From a virus (taxonomy: Duplodnaviria; Caudoviricetes): a DNA stretch of 64,000 nt. Location: positions 475-64,474 of IMG/VR virus record IMGVR_UViG_3300025930_000011; one strand, 5' to 3'. The notes below the pieces were generated by a model, which had not been told where the DNA came from, made no database searches, and saw only the letters and a list, made by a program, of their open reading frames with translations. This document shows, piece by piece, positions 44,761 through 55,400 of this stretch; position 1 is the stretch's first letter, and each line of letters starts with the position of its first letter. Made by a program: the position numbers and the translations under genes.

Positions 44761-46519
44761 AATCCTGATTCCGATTCTGCTAGCGGCCTCGCTGCTGGGC
44801 CAATACAGCCCCCCCGCCGGTGGAGGAGGCGGTGGGGGAGGGACCGGCGTCACGGGTCCGCTCGGCTTCGGGTACACCTTCTACCTGACAAGCGGGACTT
44901 ACTATGCCAGGAACAATGCTACGCACGCGGTGGATTACTCGGGCTCCGATGCGGGAGTGGTGATCCGCTCAGCGATCGCGCACAATGCGGCAGTCTGCGG
45001 GCATCTGTACTTCACCTCGGCGGTCTACAATATCAACTCCCTGGTGCAGGAAAACACCGGAGGGTACAGCCACTACTACGGAATCGGATTTCCTCATTCG
45101 GCAGCAACCGGGTTCAAGTGTCAATGGACCGTTGAGGGCGATTCGACGCTCGTGCCTCTCGATCAGTTTGCGGCGCCGGCACAGACCAACGGCGCAATCT
45201 TCTATGTGACTCCGACCGCAGTAGCAACCGTTTCCAGTACCACGGAGATCATGGCCTTCTGGACGCGCCCGGATGCCACCTACATCGTGGGTCCAGTTCT
45301 GAGCTTCAAGAACATCGGAGTGCGATTTCCCGACAATCAGCGGGGTTCCGAGACAGCCATCAACTCAACGCAGGCGGCCTCCGTCGACTATGAGAGCGTC
45401 ATGGCAGACTTTGCCACGGCTGAGAACGACCTCCAGTTCCCGGTTGCCGGATCACATGGGCTTTACGGTATCACTACCACCGATTCTGTGCATGAGCAGA
45501 ATTACATGCGCAACACCTACGCCTTCGGGTATGACCACTGTCTGGACATCCAATCGGAGCACTCCGTATTAATTAATTCCTATGGGGCAAGGTGTAACTA
45601 CGCGATCGATTATGGGGTGCGCGGAACGGGCGGAGTGTCGCATGCATCCTCCTGGATGAGTTCCGGTTGGGGAGAGTGCGCTCACGGGTTGACGCTGGGC
45701 TCTATGATGCAGGCGGGCTCAATGCTCGACATCTCGGGCCTCGACATTGAGGATGCGACTACGGGAACCTGGGTGCCGGTTGCCCACGCATCAGAGGCGC
45801 ATCCCGGGTATACCTTCGGCAGAATCTCCTATTCGAGGGTATATCAGGCTGTTGGCTTGTCGCCTCTCGCCTTTCTCTTCGATGGTGGCGGCGGGGGCTC
45901 ATTCGAGCTGAAAACCTCCAGCCCCACCGGAACCTACGTCAGCTTCGATACCTTCGTTGGAACAGCGGGGACACTGCTCTCTGCGCACACGAGCAACACC
46001 GGGGGGACCTGGACGCTCTACAACCCGATCTCAGGGGACCCGTCTAACACCATCAAACTCAATGGAGCGGGGGGAATTGTTGCGACGGATACCACCGGAA
46101 CGGCCTATTCCGATTACATTTATTCCTTCGTCCCAGGCTCCGCAGATTATACAGTCGCGGCCAATATCACATTTGTCGGTGGTGCGGCCGGGACCTTTAA
46201 ACTGGCCGGCAGGATGGATAACGCAGTCTTCACCGGATACATCTCAACCTACTCAGTAGGTGTCGGTTTGAAGCTGTTCCGGTGTGTGTCCGCGAGTTGC
46301 GCTCAAGTGGGCTCCACGTTCTCTCTGAGCTGGCCGAGCGGATCGAGCCACTCTATTTCGATCACCTTTGCAGGCGGTGTCATCACGTGTCATGCCGATG
46401 GTGTTCAGTGGATCAGCTACACCGATAGCTCCCCGATCGCTGGACCAGGGCAGGCGATGATCAGCGTGCAGACCATCGCTCCGACCGTGATGACTATGAC
46501 AAATTTCGGGATTCAGTGA
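44747..46519 (+). CDS. tailspike-like beta-rich protein with signal peptide
   Basis: MASIKILIPILLAASLLG-QYSPP; beta-helix-like middle and beta-sandwich C-terminus. Confidence 0.65.
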   Translation: MASIKILIPILLAASLLGQYSPPAGGGGGGGGTGVTGPLGFGYTFYLTSGTYYARNNATHAVDYSGSDAGVVIRSAIAHNAAVCGHLYFTSAVYNINSLVQENTGGYSHYYGIGFPHSAATGFKCQWTVEGDSTLVPLDQFAAPAQTNGAIFYVTPTAVATVSSTTEIMAFWTRPDATYIVGPVLSFKNIGVRFPDNQRGSETAINSTQAASVDYESVMADFATAENDLQFPVAGSHGLYGITTTDSVHEQNYMRNTYAFGYDHCLDIQSEHSVLINSYGARCNYAIDYGVRGTGGVSHASSWMSSGWGECAHGLTLGSMMQAGSMLDISGLDIEDATTGTWVPVAHASEAHPGYTFGRISYSRVYQAVGLSPLAFLFDGGGGGSFELKTSSPTGTYVSFDTFVGTAGTLLSAHTSNTGGTWTLYNPISGDPSNTIKLNGAGGIVATDTTGTAYSDYIYSFVPGSADYTVAANITFVGGAAGTFKLAGRMDNAVFTGYISTYSVGVGLKLFRCVSASCAQVGSTFSLSWPSGSSHSISITFAGGVITCHADGVQWISYTDSSPIAGPGQAMISVQTIAPTVMTMTNFGIQ

Positions 46520-46526
46520 CCATCCC

Positions 46527-46778
46527 ATGATCTCCCTCCTTCAGAAGAACTTCGCCACCCTCGCCATGCTGCTGGCGCTCGGCATGATCCTCGGTGCTCT
46601 GGTGCTGATGTTGTGGCAGAAGATGATCGGTCCGGACTCCGCAACGGCCACGGCTCTTGTGACCTCCATCGGGACCATCGTGGGAGGGATCGCGGGCTAC
46701 TCGATGCACAAGCGTGAAGACTCCACCATGCAGACTCAGCAGGGAGTCCAGATTACCAAGTCGGAGACAGGAGAGTAG
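46527..46778 (+). CDS. holin-like membrane protein
   Basis: Two hydrophobic helices and a charged tail, upstream of the endolysin-like gene. Confidence 0.55.
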   Translation: MISLLQKNFATLAMLLALGMILGALVLMLWQKMIGPDSATATALVTSIGTIVGGIAGYSMHKREDSTMQTQQGVQITKSETGE

Positions 46779-46786
46779 GTAAAGCC

Positions 46787-47059
46787 ATGATCCAGGTAGA
46801 CAATGTGACAACGAATCAGCTCGGAGAATTATTGCTCGAGGTGAAGCGGAGCGGGCAGGCGACGGTGAGCCCGACGGATGGCTTCTCGGGTGTGATCGTC
46901 GCGGAGGCGCATATCGGCTTTATTTCTGTCCATGCCCATGCAAAATATTCTCTCGACCAGGCAGGAACACTGACAGTTGAGTCGGACCGTGGAGAGGACA
47001 AGATTGAGAAGCTGTTGAGGGCGAAGCTTGCCGAGATCCGGATGCGGGACAGTTTGTAA
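46787..47059 (+). CDS. hypothetical protein
   Basis: In-operon ORF with RBS. Confidence 0.55.
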   Translation: MIQVDNVTTNQLGELLLEVKRSGQATVSPTDGFSGVIVAEAHIGFISVHAHAKYSLDQAGTLTVESDRGEDKIEKLLRAKLAEIRMRDSL

Positions 47060-47086
47060 GCTTCCTGGTCCTGGGGTAGGCCAACC

Positions 47087-47275
47087 ATGTCCGATTCAAA
47101 TTTCGCTTCCGTTTCCGCTTTCCTGTCAGAGCTTGCCGACCGGTTAGAAAAGAAGCCAAGCTTCTCTCCGGATGAGGCGAAGAAGCTGGCCCACGATTGC
47201 CGCAACCAGGCGCAAGTCGCTTCACTGATGTCAGAGGTCGGAAAGTTGCCCGCCACAACGAAGAAGCAAAAATGA
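47087..47275 (+). CDS. hypothetical protein
   Basis: ATGA overlap with the next gene. Confidence 0.5.
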   Translation: MSDSNFASVSAFLSELADRLEKKPSFSPDEAKKLAHDCRNQAQVASLMSEVGKLPATTKKQK

Positions 47276-47976
47276 ACTCCTCAGACCCACTGCTACTCCG
47301 GTGTCTCGCTTTGACGGGCGCCTTTGAAACTGGCAAGCTCCCGCCGGCGTGCTTCGCGTCTGTTGCCGGAGACTTCGATGGCCAGGGCTTGAGCTTCAGT
47401 GCGCTGCAATGGAATCTGGGGCAGGGGACGCTTCAGCCGCTGTTGCAGCAGATGTTCTCCAAGCATCCGATCGTGATGGCAGGCTGTTTTTTTGAGGCTC
47501 ACAGCGCGGACCTGCAATACCTTCTCGGCCAGCCAAAGAACGTGCAACTCGCCTGGGCGCGAAGCATCCAGGGATCGACTCATGCCCTTTCCGCCGACTG
47601 GGCGAAATCCTTCAATGCTCTCGGCTTGACCCCGGAGTGGCAGGAGGTAGCGCAGACATCAGCGGCAGGTTACTTCGACCGGGCCAGGTTTCAGGCCGGG
47701 CAACTCGAGGTTCGTTCCGATCGGGCAATCGCGCTACTGTTCGATTGTCAGGTCCAGAATGGAGGCGTGCCGCGGTTGCAGCTCGAGCATTGCCTTGATA
47801 CGTTCTTGCCGTCATGGGGAGAAGCCGAAAAGATGCGTTGTATCGCCAATGCTGTAGCGGATTCGGCAAACCCGAAATGGGCCGCTGATGTTCGGGCGCG
47901 GAAACTGACGATCGCCAACGGGTCTGGGATCGTGCACAGGATGTCTTTCGATCTCGCAAAATCGTTCGCATTGTAG
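47272..47976 (+). CDS. putative endolysin (lysozyme-like fold)
   Basis: FETG...GDFDGQGLSF..LQWN.GQG.LQ, AL.FD..VQNG, DV..RK..I..G. Confidence 0.65.
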   Translation: MNSSDPLLLRCLALTGAFETGKLPPACFASVAGDFDGQGLSFSALQWNLGQGTLQPLLQQMFSKHPIVMAGCFFEAHSADLQYLLGQPKNVQLAWARSIQGSTHALSADWAKSFNALGLTPEWQEVAQTSAAGYFDRARFQAGQLEVRSDRAIALLFDCQVQNGGVPRLQLEHCLDTFLPSWGEAEKMRCIANAVADSANPKWAADVRARKLTIANGSGIVHRMSFDLAKSFAL

Positions 47977-47998
47977 TTCGCAATTCAACAGGAGCATT

Positions 47999-48640
47999 AT
48001 GGCTGCACTCGCCAGAAGCACCCCGGGGGGACCGTTTCCAATGGCAACTTCAGACGCCAATACCAACAAAATATTGACGGCAATTGAGGATGGCAAGAAA
48101 GAGAACCGTGATGCGCACGAGAAGAACCGGGAGGCGATCGGGACGGTCACTCTAACGGTAGCCCAGCTCAGTGCCGATGTTGGTCACATGGGCGAGGCGA
48201 TCACGGAACTGCGGACCACGGTCGGGAGTCTCGATAAGGAGAAGGTATCGCGCGCCGAAGTGGGGGCGATCGAGGAACGGCTGGAGCGCGGACTCGACCA
48301 GTACCGGGTTCAGAACAAGATCGACTTCGACCAGTACCGGGTGCAGAACAAAATCGATTTCGACCAGTACGGTAAGCAGGTCGACGCAAGGTTTGAAAAC
48401 GTCAACAAATCCAAGATTGACAAGTCTGAAATGAACCCCGGCACAATTGATGACGTCCTGGAACGTCTCGGCCATGTAGAGCAAAAGGCCGAGGATAACG
48501 AAAAGAAAATTAAGACCTGGGAGGATCGGGCGGAGGGTGGCTGGACGGTGCTTGCCAAAATCGGCCTCGTGCTCAGCGCGCTTGTCAGCTCCGTTGCTTT
48601 CCTGATTCACGAATTCCTGGCAATCGGCAGTAAACGCTAA
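47999..48640 (+). CDS. coiled-coil protein with C-terminal membrane anchor
   Basis: Heptad-rich, with C-terminal hydrophobic helix. Confidence 0.7.
   Translation: MAALARSTPGGPFPMATSDANTNKILTAIEDGKKENRDAHEKNREAIGTVTLTVAQLSADVGHMGEAITELRTTVGSLDKEKVSRAEVGAIEERLERGLDQYRVQNKIDFDQYRVQNKIDFDQYGKQVDARFENVNKSKIDKSEMNPGTIDDVLERLGHVEQKAEDNEKKIKTWEDRAEGGWTVLAKIGLVLSALVSSVAFLIHEFLAIGSKR
48296..48370 (+). repeat. 33-bp in-frame tandem repeat (about 2.3 copies)
   Basis: Encodes DQYRVQNKIDF twice plus DQY. Confidence 0.85.
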
Positions 48641-48717
48641 AACTGTTCCCTTTCATTTCCCTTCCTTTCCCCGGCTTCACAACTCCACAATTCCAACCGA
48701 AAGAGGTTAAACCCCGC

Positions 48718-51441
48718 ATGGCAGTAAAACACAAGTACTTGAATCTGTTCTTCGCTCTGGCCCCACTCGTGTGCTTTAGTCAGAATATGCCACCGAGCAC
48801 CAAGCCAGACCCCGCCCACATCGGGCCTCTCGCGCCTGACCCGCACTTGAAGACAACTGCTCAGCATCCACAGCCCAAGCTTGCAGAGGTTTCCGAGGCT
48901 ATGGGCGCGCGCACTTTCCACGTTTCCGTGATCGACCCTAAGATTCCGGGAATCTCAATAGACGAGCAGTACATCAGGAATGCGTCTGACCGGGCCGTGA
49001 TTGCGCTGGTGGTCCGGTGTGAATATACAGACGGCACAACTGTACGCTTCCATGAAGACGGCCTGACCACACCATTCGAGGGGATTCCGGAACATGGCGG
49101 CAGTATGTATTCTCCCAACAGTGGGGGGCTTAAAGGGGGCGATTTGAAGTCGCTTTCGATCGAATGGCTCTTGTTCTCGGATGGCAGCTTCTATGGATCG
49201 CAGGAGGATGCAGAGGCGCTTGCGGTCAAAGCTCGCGTTAGAAAGCAGTTCTATGTCGATCTAATGAGGGCGCAGGATCGTGAGGCGTTTCTCGCGCCAC
49301 TCGAAAAATGCGGGCAGGATGTTGAGTGCGCCAAGGCTTCGGGTCGACCGTACAACGAATGGAACGAGCTGAACAGGGTCATCCGCGGATACCGCAAGCA
49401 TGACCGAATGTATCGGCAGAATGGCCGCTCAGAAGAGATCCTGAAGCGCTTCGCCTTGGCGCATAAATCCTATCCGCCGATTCGTCGCGTAACTCCGTTG
49501 CCTGTGACATCCGCCTCCGGTTCGGTAAAGCCTGAATCTCAAGCTGACGGGTGGGAGTTCTTCAGTCTGACCGCGACCTGTAATCAATTGGCGCCGCCGG
49601 CCATGAGCACGATCTCAGGCAACAACGCCGGAACAATCATCGGCGCATACAATACTACAATCGATTCCCCGCATGGAAGATGCGGATATTCGACCTTTGA
49701 CAATCCCGCCAGCAGACAGACCACGTTCGGTACGTTAATCATTGACCCGGGCGGCGATAAGCTGACCAGCGGGGTCTTTCGTGTTGAGGCAAAGGCATCC
49801 TGCTACAACGTTGACACCCTCAAGACCAGGCCGATCAACCCGTTTTTCAGCCAAGGGACTCTCATTTCAGGCAGTGTTATTCAGTGGGCTCCGCGGTACT
49901 ATGCTGAAACTGAAATCAATACGGACTGGACGCCTTCGTGGGATGGAAGCACGCTGACTTTCTCGGTGGCCTTCGGGTGGGACGAAACCAAGTCTCCCTT
50001 AGCGCAGTTGGACCCGGGGCATACGGACGTTTTTGTGCGCTACCGACCGCCGTTTGGCCTTTACCCTAACAACACCATCAGCGGATTGCCTGGTGCGGGA
50101 ACTGGTCCCACAGGATTATACCTGATTCCACTGTTGGGACCCAACACAACGGACGCCCTCATTCTGAATTCGTACGGTTACATGATTGCCAATTACGAGG
50201 CGGACTATCACTGCGCGACCGGAGACTATGTTGCGGATGTCTCGCCGGCAGTGACAATCGATCCTCCACCCTACGCCGCGCGATTTGGTATTGTGGCATG
50301 GCCCAAAATCCATAACGGGCCTGTCGATTTAAGAATTGATCACTACCAGGCGACAAACGAAGCGAACAACATCGGGGTATGTGATGCCGTCCATGAATTC
50401 TGCTGCTGCATGTCAACATTCGGGGATCTCAATTACTGTCTCTGGTTAGGACTTCCCCCATCGGATTCCTGCTCGATCGTTGCTGCTGCTAGAAGCCATT
50501 TGCAGACTCTCGGGGTAAGCTACTCACCTACGGGTGATTCCGGTGGGTTCGCTGGAGGAAACAGGGCACCTTCAAAGTTGGGAGTGGCGCGCCGCAGTTC
50601 TCAGATTTTCATGCTCGACTCGACGGGACTGAATCAGTATCAGGCGGGGGTTACCAAGATCGATACCTTTATTCCGCCCGGTGGAATCCAGGCCGGTGAT
50701 GTTCCGGTATCGGGAGACTGGAACGGGAATGGCCAGACGAAAGTTGGCTTCTTCCGCAATGGAACGTGGTATCTCGACCAAAACGGTAACGGAATCTGGG
50801 ATGGAGTGGCCGGCGGGGATCTACAGTACCAGTTTGGTGGCGGCATTGCTCCCTTTGGGCAGCCGAACACCTCGGGCTATGTCCCCGGAGATGTGCCAAT
50901 TGTCGGTGACTGGCAGGGCGGCGGAAAAGATTGCGTCGGAGTGTTCCGTTACGGGTACTTCTGGATCATCGACAGCAACTGCGATGGCGCCTACCAGACC
51001 GGCGACAATGCCTTCTCCTTTGGTGGAATTCTCGGTGACACTCCGGTAATCGGAAAGTGGGGCGGATTCTCCAATTCACAGGTTGGCGTTGTCAGGTGCT
51101 ATATCGATCCGACAACCAATGTTTGCTCGGGTGCTCCGTATTACTGGGTTCTCGATGCTGGAAGCCCGATGTCCGCTTGGCATGGAGTTGGTCAGGGTAT
51201 TGGTTGCGGACTGAGCAATCCACTTTCCTGGTCACAGTGTGTTACGCCGGCGCCTTTCGCCTTCGGCGGCCTCAATGGCGACGTATATCTTTCTGGAGAC
51301 TGGGTCGGTACGGGTGTGTCCTTCCCTGGCTTGTACCGCAATGGTCAATGGGTGCTCGATCTCGACGGCACGCAGCAGCATCTTCAAACCTACAACTTCG
51401 GCGGTCTTTCCGGCGACGTTCCCTTAGTCGGCAAGTGGTAG
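48718..51441 (+). CDS. large secreted protein with C-terminal FG-GAP/VCBS-like beta-propeller repeats
   Basis: Signal peptide ending VCFS-Q; repeats GDVPV.GDW.G.G...VG.FR.G.W.LD. Confidence 0.8.
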   Translation: MAVKHKYLNLFFALAPLVCFSQNMPPSTKPDPAHIGPLAPDPHLKTTAQHPQPKLAEVSEAMGARTFHVSVIDPKIPGISIDEQYIRNASDRAVIALVVRCEYTDGTTVRFHEDGLTTPFEGIPEHGGSMYSPNSGGLKGGDLKSLSIEWLLFSDGSFYGSQEDAEALAVKARVRKQFYVDLMRAQDREAFLAPLEKCGQDVECAKASGRPYNEWNELNRVIRGYRKHDRMYRQNGRSEEILKRFALAHKSYPPIRRVTPLPVTSASGSVKPESQADGWEFFSLTATCNQLAPPAMSTISGNNAGTIIGAYNTTIDSPHGRCGYSTFDNPASRQTTFGTLIIDPGGDKLTSGVFRVEAKASCYNVDTLKTRPINPFFSQGTLISGSVIQWAPRYYAETEINTDWTPSWDGSTLTFSVAFGWDETKSPLAQLDPGHTDVFVRYRPPFGLYPNNTISGLPGAGTGPTGLYLIPLLGPNTTDALILNSYGYMIANYEADYHCATGDYVADVSPAVTIDPPPYAARFGIVAWPKIHNGPVDLRIDHYQATNEANNIGVCDAVHEFCCCMSTFGDLNYCLWLGLPPSDSCSIVAAARSHLQTLGVSYSPTGDSGGFAGGNRAPSKLGVARRSSQIFMLDSTGLNQYQAGVTKIDTFIPPGGIQAGDVPVSGDWNGNGQTKVGFFRNGTWYLDQNGNGIWDGVAGGDLQYQFGGGIAPFGQPNTSGYVPGDVPIVGDWQGGGKDCVGVFRYGYFWIIDSNCDGAYQTGDNAFSFGGILGDTPVIGKWGGFSNSQVGVVRCYIDPTTNVCSGAPYYWVLDAGSPMSAWHGVGQGIGCGLSNPLSWSQCVTPAPFAFGGLNGDVYLSGDWVGTGVSFPGLYRNGQWVLDLDGTQQHLQTYNFGGLSGDVPLVGKW

Positions 51442-51476
51442 TTTTCCCCTCCTCGTAAGCAAAAGGCTTTCCTCTC

Positions 51477-51878
51477 ATGGAAGGCGTCACCTCAAACACT
51501 ACCTCCAGACGTCTGACGCGCCGCGAAATCTCGTTGATCCAAGGGGTGATCGACGGGAAGAGCAATAAGGCGATTGCGGCGGACCTTGGGCTCAGTTGCA
51601 ACTCCATCAAGGTTTACTTCTCCCGGATTTTCGACAAGCTCAGCGTGGGTAATCGGTCGCAGCTCGCCAACTGGGGCCGCGCGTATGGGGCGGCGAAAGG
51701 GCTCGTCGACCGCAGGTATAAAGAATTGCATCCGGATGCCGAATTAGCAAAGCGGCCCATCTTCGAGGGTCTGGACCTCGTGGAGTTCGAGGTGTTTCGC
51801 GCGATGGCCCTCCAGATTGTTCTGACTCCCCAGCAGGTGGAGGAGATCATCTTCATCCTGGACAAGAAAAGAACTTAG
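51477..51878 (+). CDS. LuxR-type helix-turn-helix regulator
   Basis: LTRRE..L...V.DGKSNKAIAADLGLS..SIKVY..RIFDKL.V.NRSQL. Confidence 0.9.
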   Translation: MEGVTSNTTSRRLTRREISLIQGVIDGKSNKAIAADLGLSCNSIKVYFSRIFDKLSVGNRSQLANWGRAYGAAKGLVDRRYKELHPDAELAKRPIFEGLDLVEFEVFRAMALQIVLTPQQVEEIIFILDKKRT

Positions 51879-51916
51879 AGTTTCGTTTTAAAGGAGGTGG
51901 AGATATTTTCGAAAGC

Positions 51917-52435
51917 GTGAGATTTGAAGTTCACCACTACCACCACTTTCCCGATGCAGTCCCGCACGATTCGCGGCTGGATCAATTACTAACCCTCGTA
52001 ACCCAACTCAAAGGAGATACAACAAAACTTATGGCAAATGACCAAATCCTCATCGATGCCTTGAAAAAGGTCGACGCTACAACTACGCAGCTTGGAACCA
52101 ATCTCCAGGCCATCGCAACCACCACGGGCAATATTTCCACCGCTCAGGACAAAATCACGGCCACCGTTACTACCATCAGAACCGAGGTCGACTCCCTGGT
52201 GTCGGCGCTGCAGAACGCCGGCGTGAGCCAAGCCATTGTCGATCAAGCCGTAGCACTTAGCGGCAAGCTTGATGCCGTGGCCGCCACTTCGGGCAACGTC
52301 GCCTCGGCTTCCAGTTCGATCGCGGATGCCTCCCAGGCGCTAGTGCCGGTGCTCGAAGGGATTGCGGCGAAGGGTGCCGTGGACGTGATCCCTGTTCCCC
52401 CGCCGCCGCCTCCGCCGCCGCCTCCGGGGCTGTAA
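51917..52435 (+). CDS. coiled-coil protein with poly-Pro tail (alternative start 52031)
   Basis: AGGAGG RBS; helical Ala/Thr-rich body. Confidence 0.65.
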   Translation: MRFEVHHYHHFPDAVPHDSRLDQLLTLVTQLKGDTTKLMANDQILIDALKKVDATTTQLGTNLQAIATTTGNISTAQDKITATVTTIRTEVDSLVSALQNAGVSQAIVDQAVALSGKLDAVAATSGNVASASSSIADASQALVPVLEGIAAKGAVDVIPVPPPPPPPPPPGL

Positions 52436-52439
52436 TCAT

Positions 52440-55400
52440 ATGGGGCTGAGACTCAAAAAGGGCGCTTCGCTTCAGTGGGGCGCCCTTGCCCTTTTACTAT
52501 CGATCGCAGCCGCGCAAACACCCGTCACCAAGAAGCCATACATCTATTGGTGGGCTCCTGGTGATGCGGCCTATACCTGGAAGCCGCTCGTGGTCGACCC
52601 GCCGCTTACTGTCACAGTGGATGCGACGGGGCAATTCCATCTTGGAATCACCACTGCGCCTCCCGCCGCCGCTGCCACTCGGACGGTTTGCGCTTCCGGC
52701 TGTGGCTATACCACCATCCAAACTGCGTTCAATTCCGCCAGTCCTGGCGACACCATCCAGGTAACCTCTGGCTACACCGCAGCGGGGCCACTTACAATAC
52801 CAGGCGGATCGCACGGACTGACGATCAAGTCATCGCTGATCGATACCTACCCACGGAATACGAGAATCAAGCGCAACTCTGCGTATACGGCGAAGGTCGA
52901 CCAGGTGACTATTGGCGATTCTCGAGCGTTCGGCCTGCTGCCCTCGGCCTCCTCGATCATCACAACTCAATCCCCACATGGGTTCAATGTTGGCGATCCC
53001 GTAGTTGTGGGCGCGGAGCGCTTCTCTGCCTACTACTGCGGAACTCTTTTCCAGCCTCCATACGATACGCTGTACGGCGGTGCTGCTGGATCAGACAAGC
53101 TCACCTGCGCCGCATCGCGCGTAGGGTTTATCAACATCCGAACAGACACAGGGCTATCGAATGGAAAGACGGTCTACTTCACTGGCCGCACCCTTCCTCC
53201 TCCGCTTGTTTCCGGCAAGCCCTACTACATCGTGAACTTCGCGATTGGGAATTCCTGGCCGCTCAATGCAGACCAGTTTCAGGTGTCGCTCTCCCCCGGT
53301 GGAAGCCCCGTTTTGCTGGGGCCGAATTGGCAGAACACCTCGATCTCGGGAGTGCCCTTTGACCCCACAGGCCAGGACTTCAACATCGTCGTACCGCCAC
53401 TCCCTGCGATGGACCAGCAGACGATGTACATAGTGGGCACTCCAACTCCTAGCCAGTTGCAGCTATCCACCACACTGGGAGGGCAGCCTGTCAATTTCGC
53501 GCAAGCCGCAAAGGGCTATAACGGCTCCGGATTCTCGCTCGGTTTCTACGTCACACGCAACTTTCCGGTGTGGGATATCACCTTCGATGGAATCGAGTTT
53601 TCGCCCCCCACGGACAACCAGGTCTACTACGTCTTCTACATTCAGAATTCAATCAACTCGGATGCGGGAGAGTCTCACGACATTCGCATTCTACGCTGCT
53701 GGGGCCATGGCCACGATGACCAGGAAGACTTCCCTTTCTCGATCTTTTACCTTACGGGCCGGGATATGGAGGTGGGCTGGAGCATCGCAGAGGGAACCTA
53801 CGCGACGTACGCCGACACGACCAATATTGGCATTGTGTCCACCGGCAACGTGTGGATTCATGACAATGAGCTGGTCGCAGCCACGGAGGGTATCTTTTCC
53901 GGCGGAAACTATCCTTGGTTCGCCAACGTGAAAAACACGACGGGAATTCGGGTAGAGCGGAACTTCATCTGGAAGCGCCTGAAGGATTTTCATGGCCTCT
54001 GGCCCTATCTCATCGACGCCAACCATTTCAGTTTGCAGGTGCTCGAGTCTGGGGGGTCCGATTGTGCAGCTAATGCATCTTCTCCAAACCTTGGATTGCA
54101 ATGCTACTGGTGGGAGACTGACGAATCGAGTCCGGATTACACACCAGCGAATCCGAAGATCAGCAGGCATATTTGGGATAAGACCCCGGCCGATTCCATG
54201 TTCGCGGTGACAGGCGGAAGCGCGGCGTGGTGTCCGCAATACCTTTCAGGGCAAGGGCTCGGTCAATGGGGTTGCGGGTTCATTTACTCGCTCAATGGCC
54301 AGATCCACATGGACTATTCATTTACCGGTTCTGTCACGTGTCCATCCGGCGTCGTCTGCACCTATGTGTCCCAGCCATTCTTTCCTGCCGCTTCGTCCCG
54401 GCTTGGCATGGCCATGATGAACTTCGGAGGCTTTCAATCCGATTTCTATATGCAAAACCGGCATGTCTATCAGAAGACTGAAATCGAGAGCAAGTATGCC
54501 GATAAGTGGTGCATTTCCGGCAACGTCTTCCAGCACCAGAGTAACTGTGATGGCGGGACAAGTTGCCAATCCGAGGCGATTCACTGGACGCTTGGAGGAA
54601 ACGGCAGCGGCAACGGCGAACCGATCAATTCCGCTGTTTCGACCAGCGATTCGATCGCGACCAATAATATCTTTCGTGGCCTGGCATCGGGAGTCGGTGG
54701 AACAGGTGAAACCTACGGGATAAACATTGGGGCCCGGGGTGCCACTTACGAGTGGCAGGGATTCGGCAAGAGCGTGAACAATCGCATCGTAAACAACCTG
54801 TTCTACGACATCGGCTCGAGTGAATACACCCGGTTTTCGAACGATGGATATCTGAACTCGCAAACGAATGCCGGTTACAAGAGCACGCAGCAGCCCACGA
54901 TCGGCGGATGGGTCGTCAGTCACAACACTGCGGTGGACGTCCGCAGGTTTGTTGTCCCGAACAATCTTTCGGGTGGCGTGTTTGAGTCCAATGTCGTCGT
55001 TCCATACAGGTTCGGCGGCGAGAATCCGGCATCGGGAACTTTACTGCCCTGCCCTGGTCCGAACTGCCCGTACACTCACGTGGCCGCATCGACCCACATA
55101 GGAGTGCAGGATGATATCGGGAATGGATGGGCGCCGAGTTTTGGCGGGGGGTTCGTGCAGGCTCTGCAACAAGGTCTGATCGATTCCACAACCACGCTGC
55201 GCAACAACATTCTGATGAACCGGCCGGGAATCGTCTATACGACAACGGTGCCGACTAACTATCCCAACGGCACATATCTTGTGCAGGAGTCCGACAGGAT
55301 GCCGGGCGGTCTCGTCCCTGATCCTTCGATCTTATTCCAGGTCTGGCACGAACGCGACAACGCACAGCCCCCAACCGGCCTCAATTACCGGAACAGCAAC

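Noticed and set aside
41119-46519. Diversity-generating retroelement acting on the tail fibres
   Set aside because: No reverse transcriptase and no adenine-specific template/variable repeat pair seen; the repeats are ordinary intragenic ones
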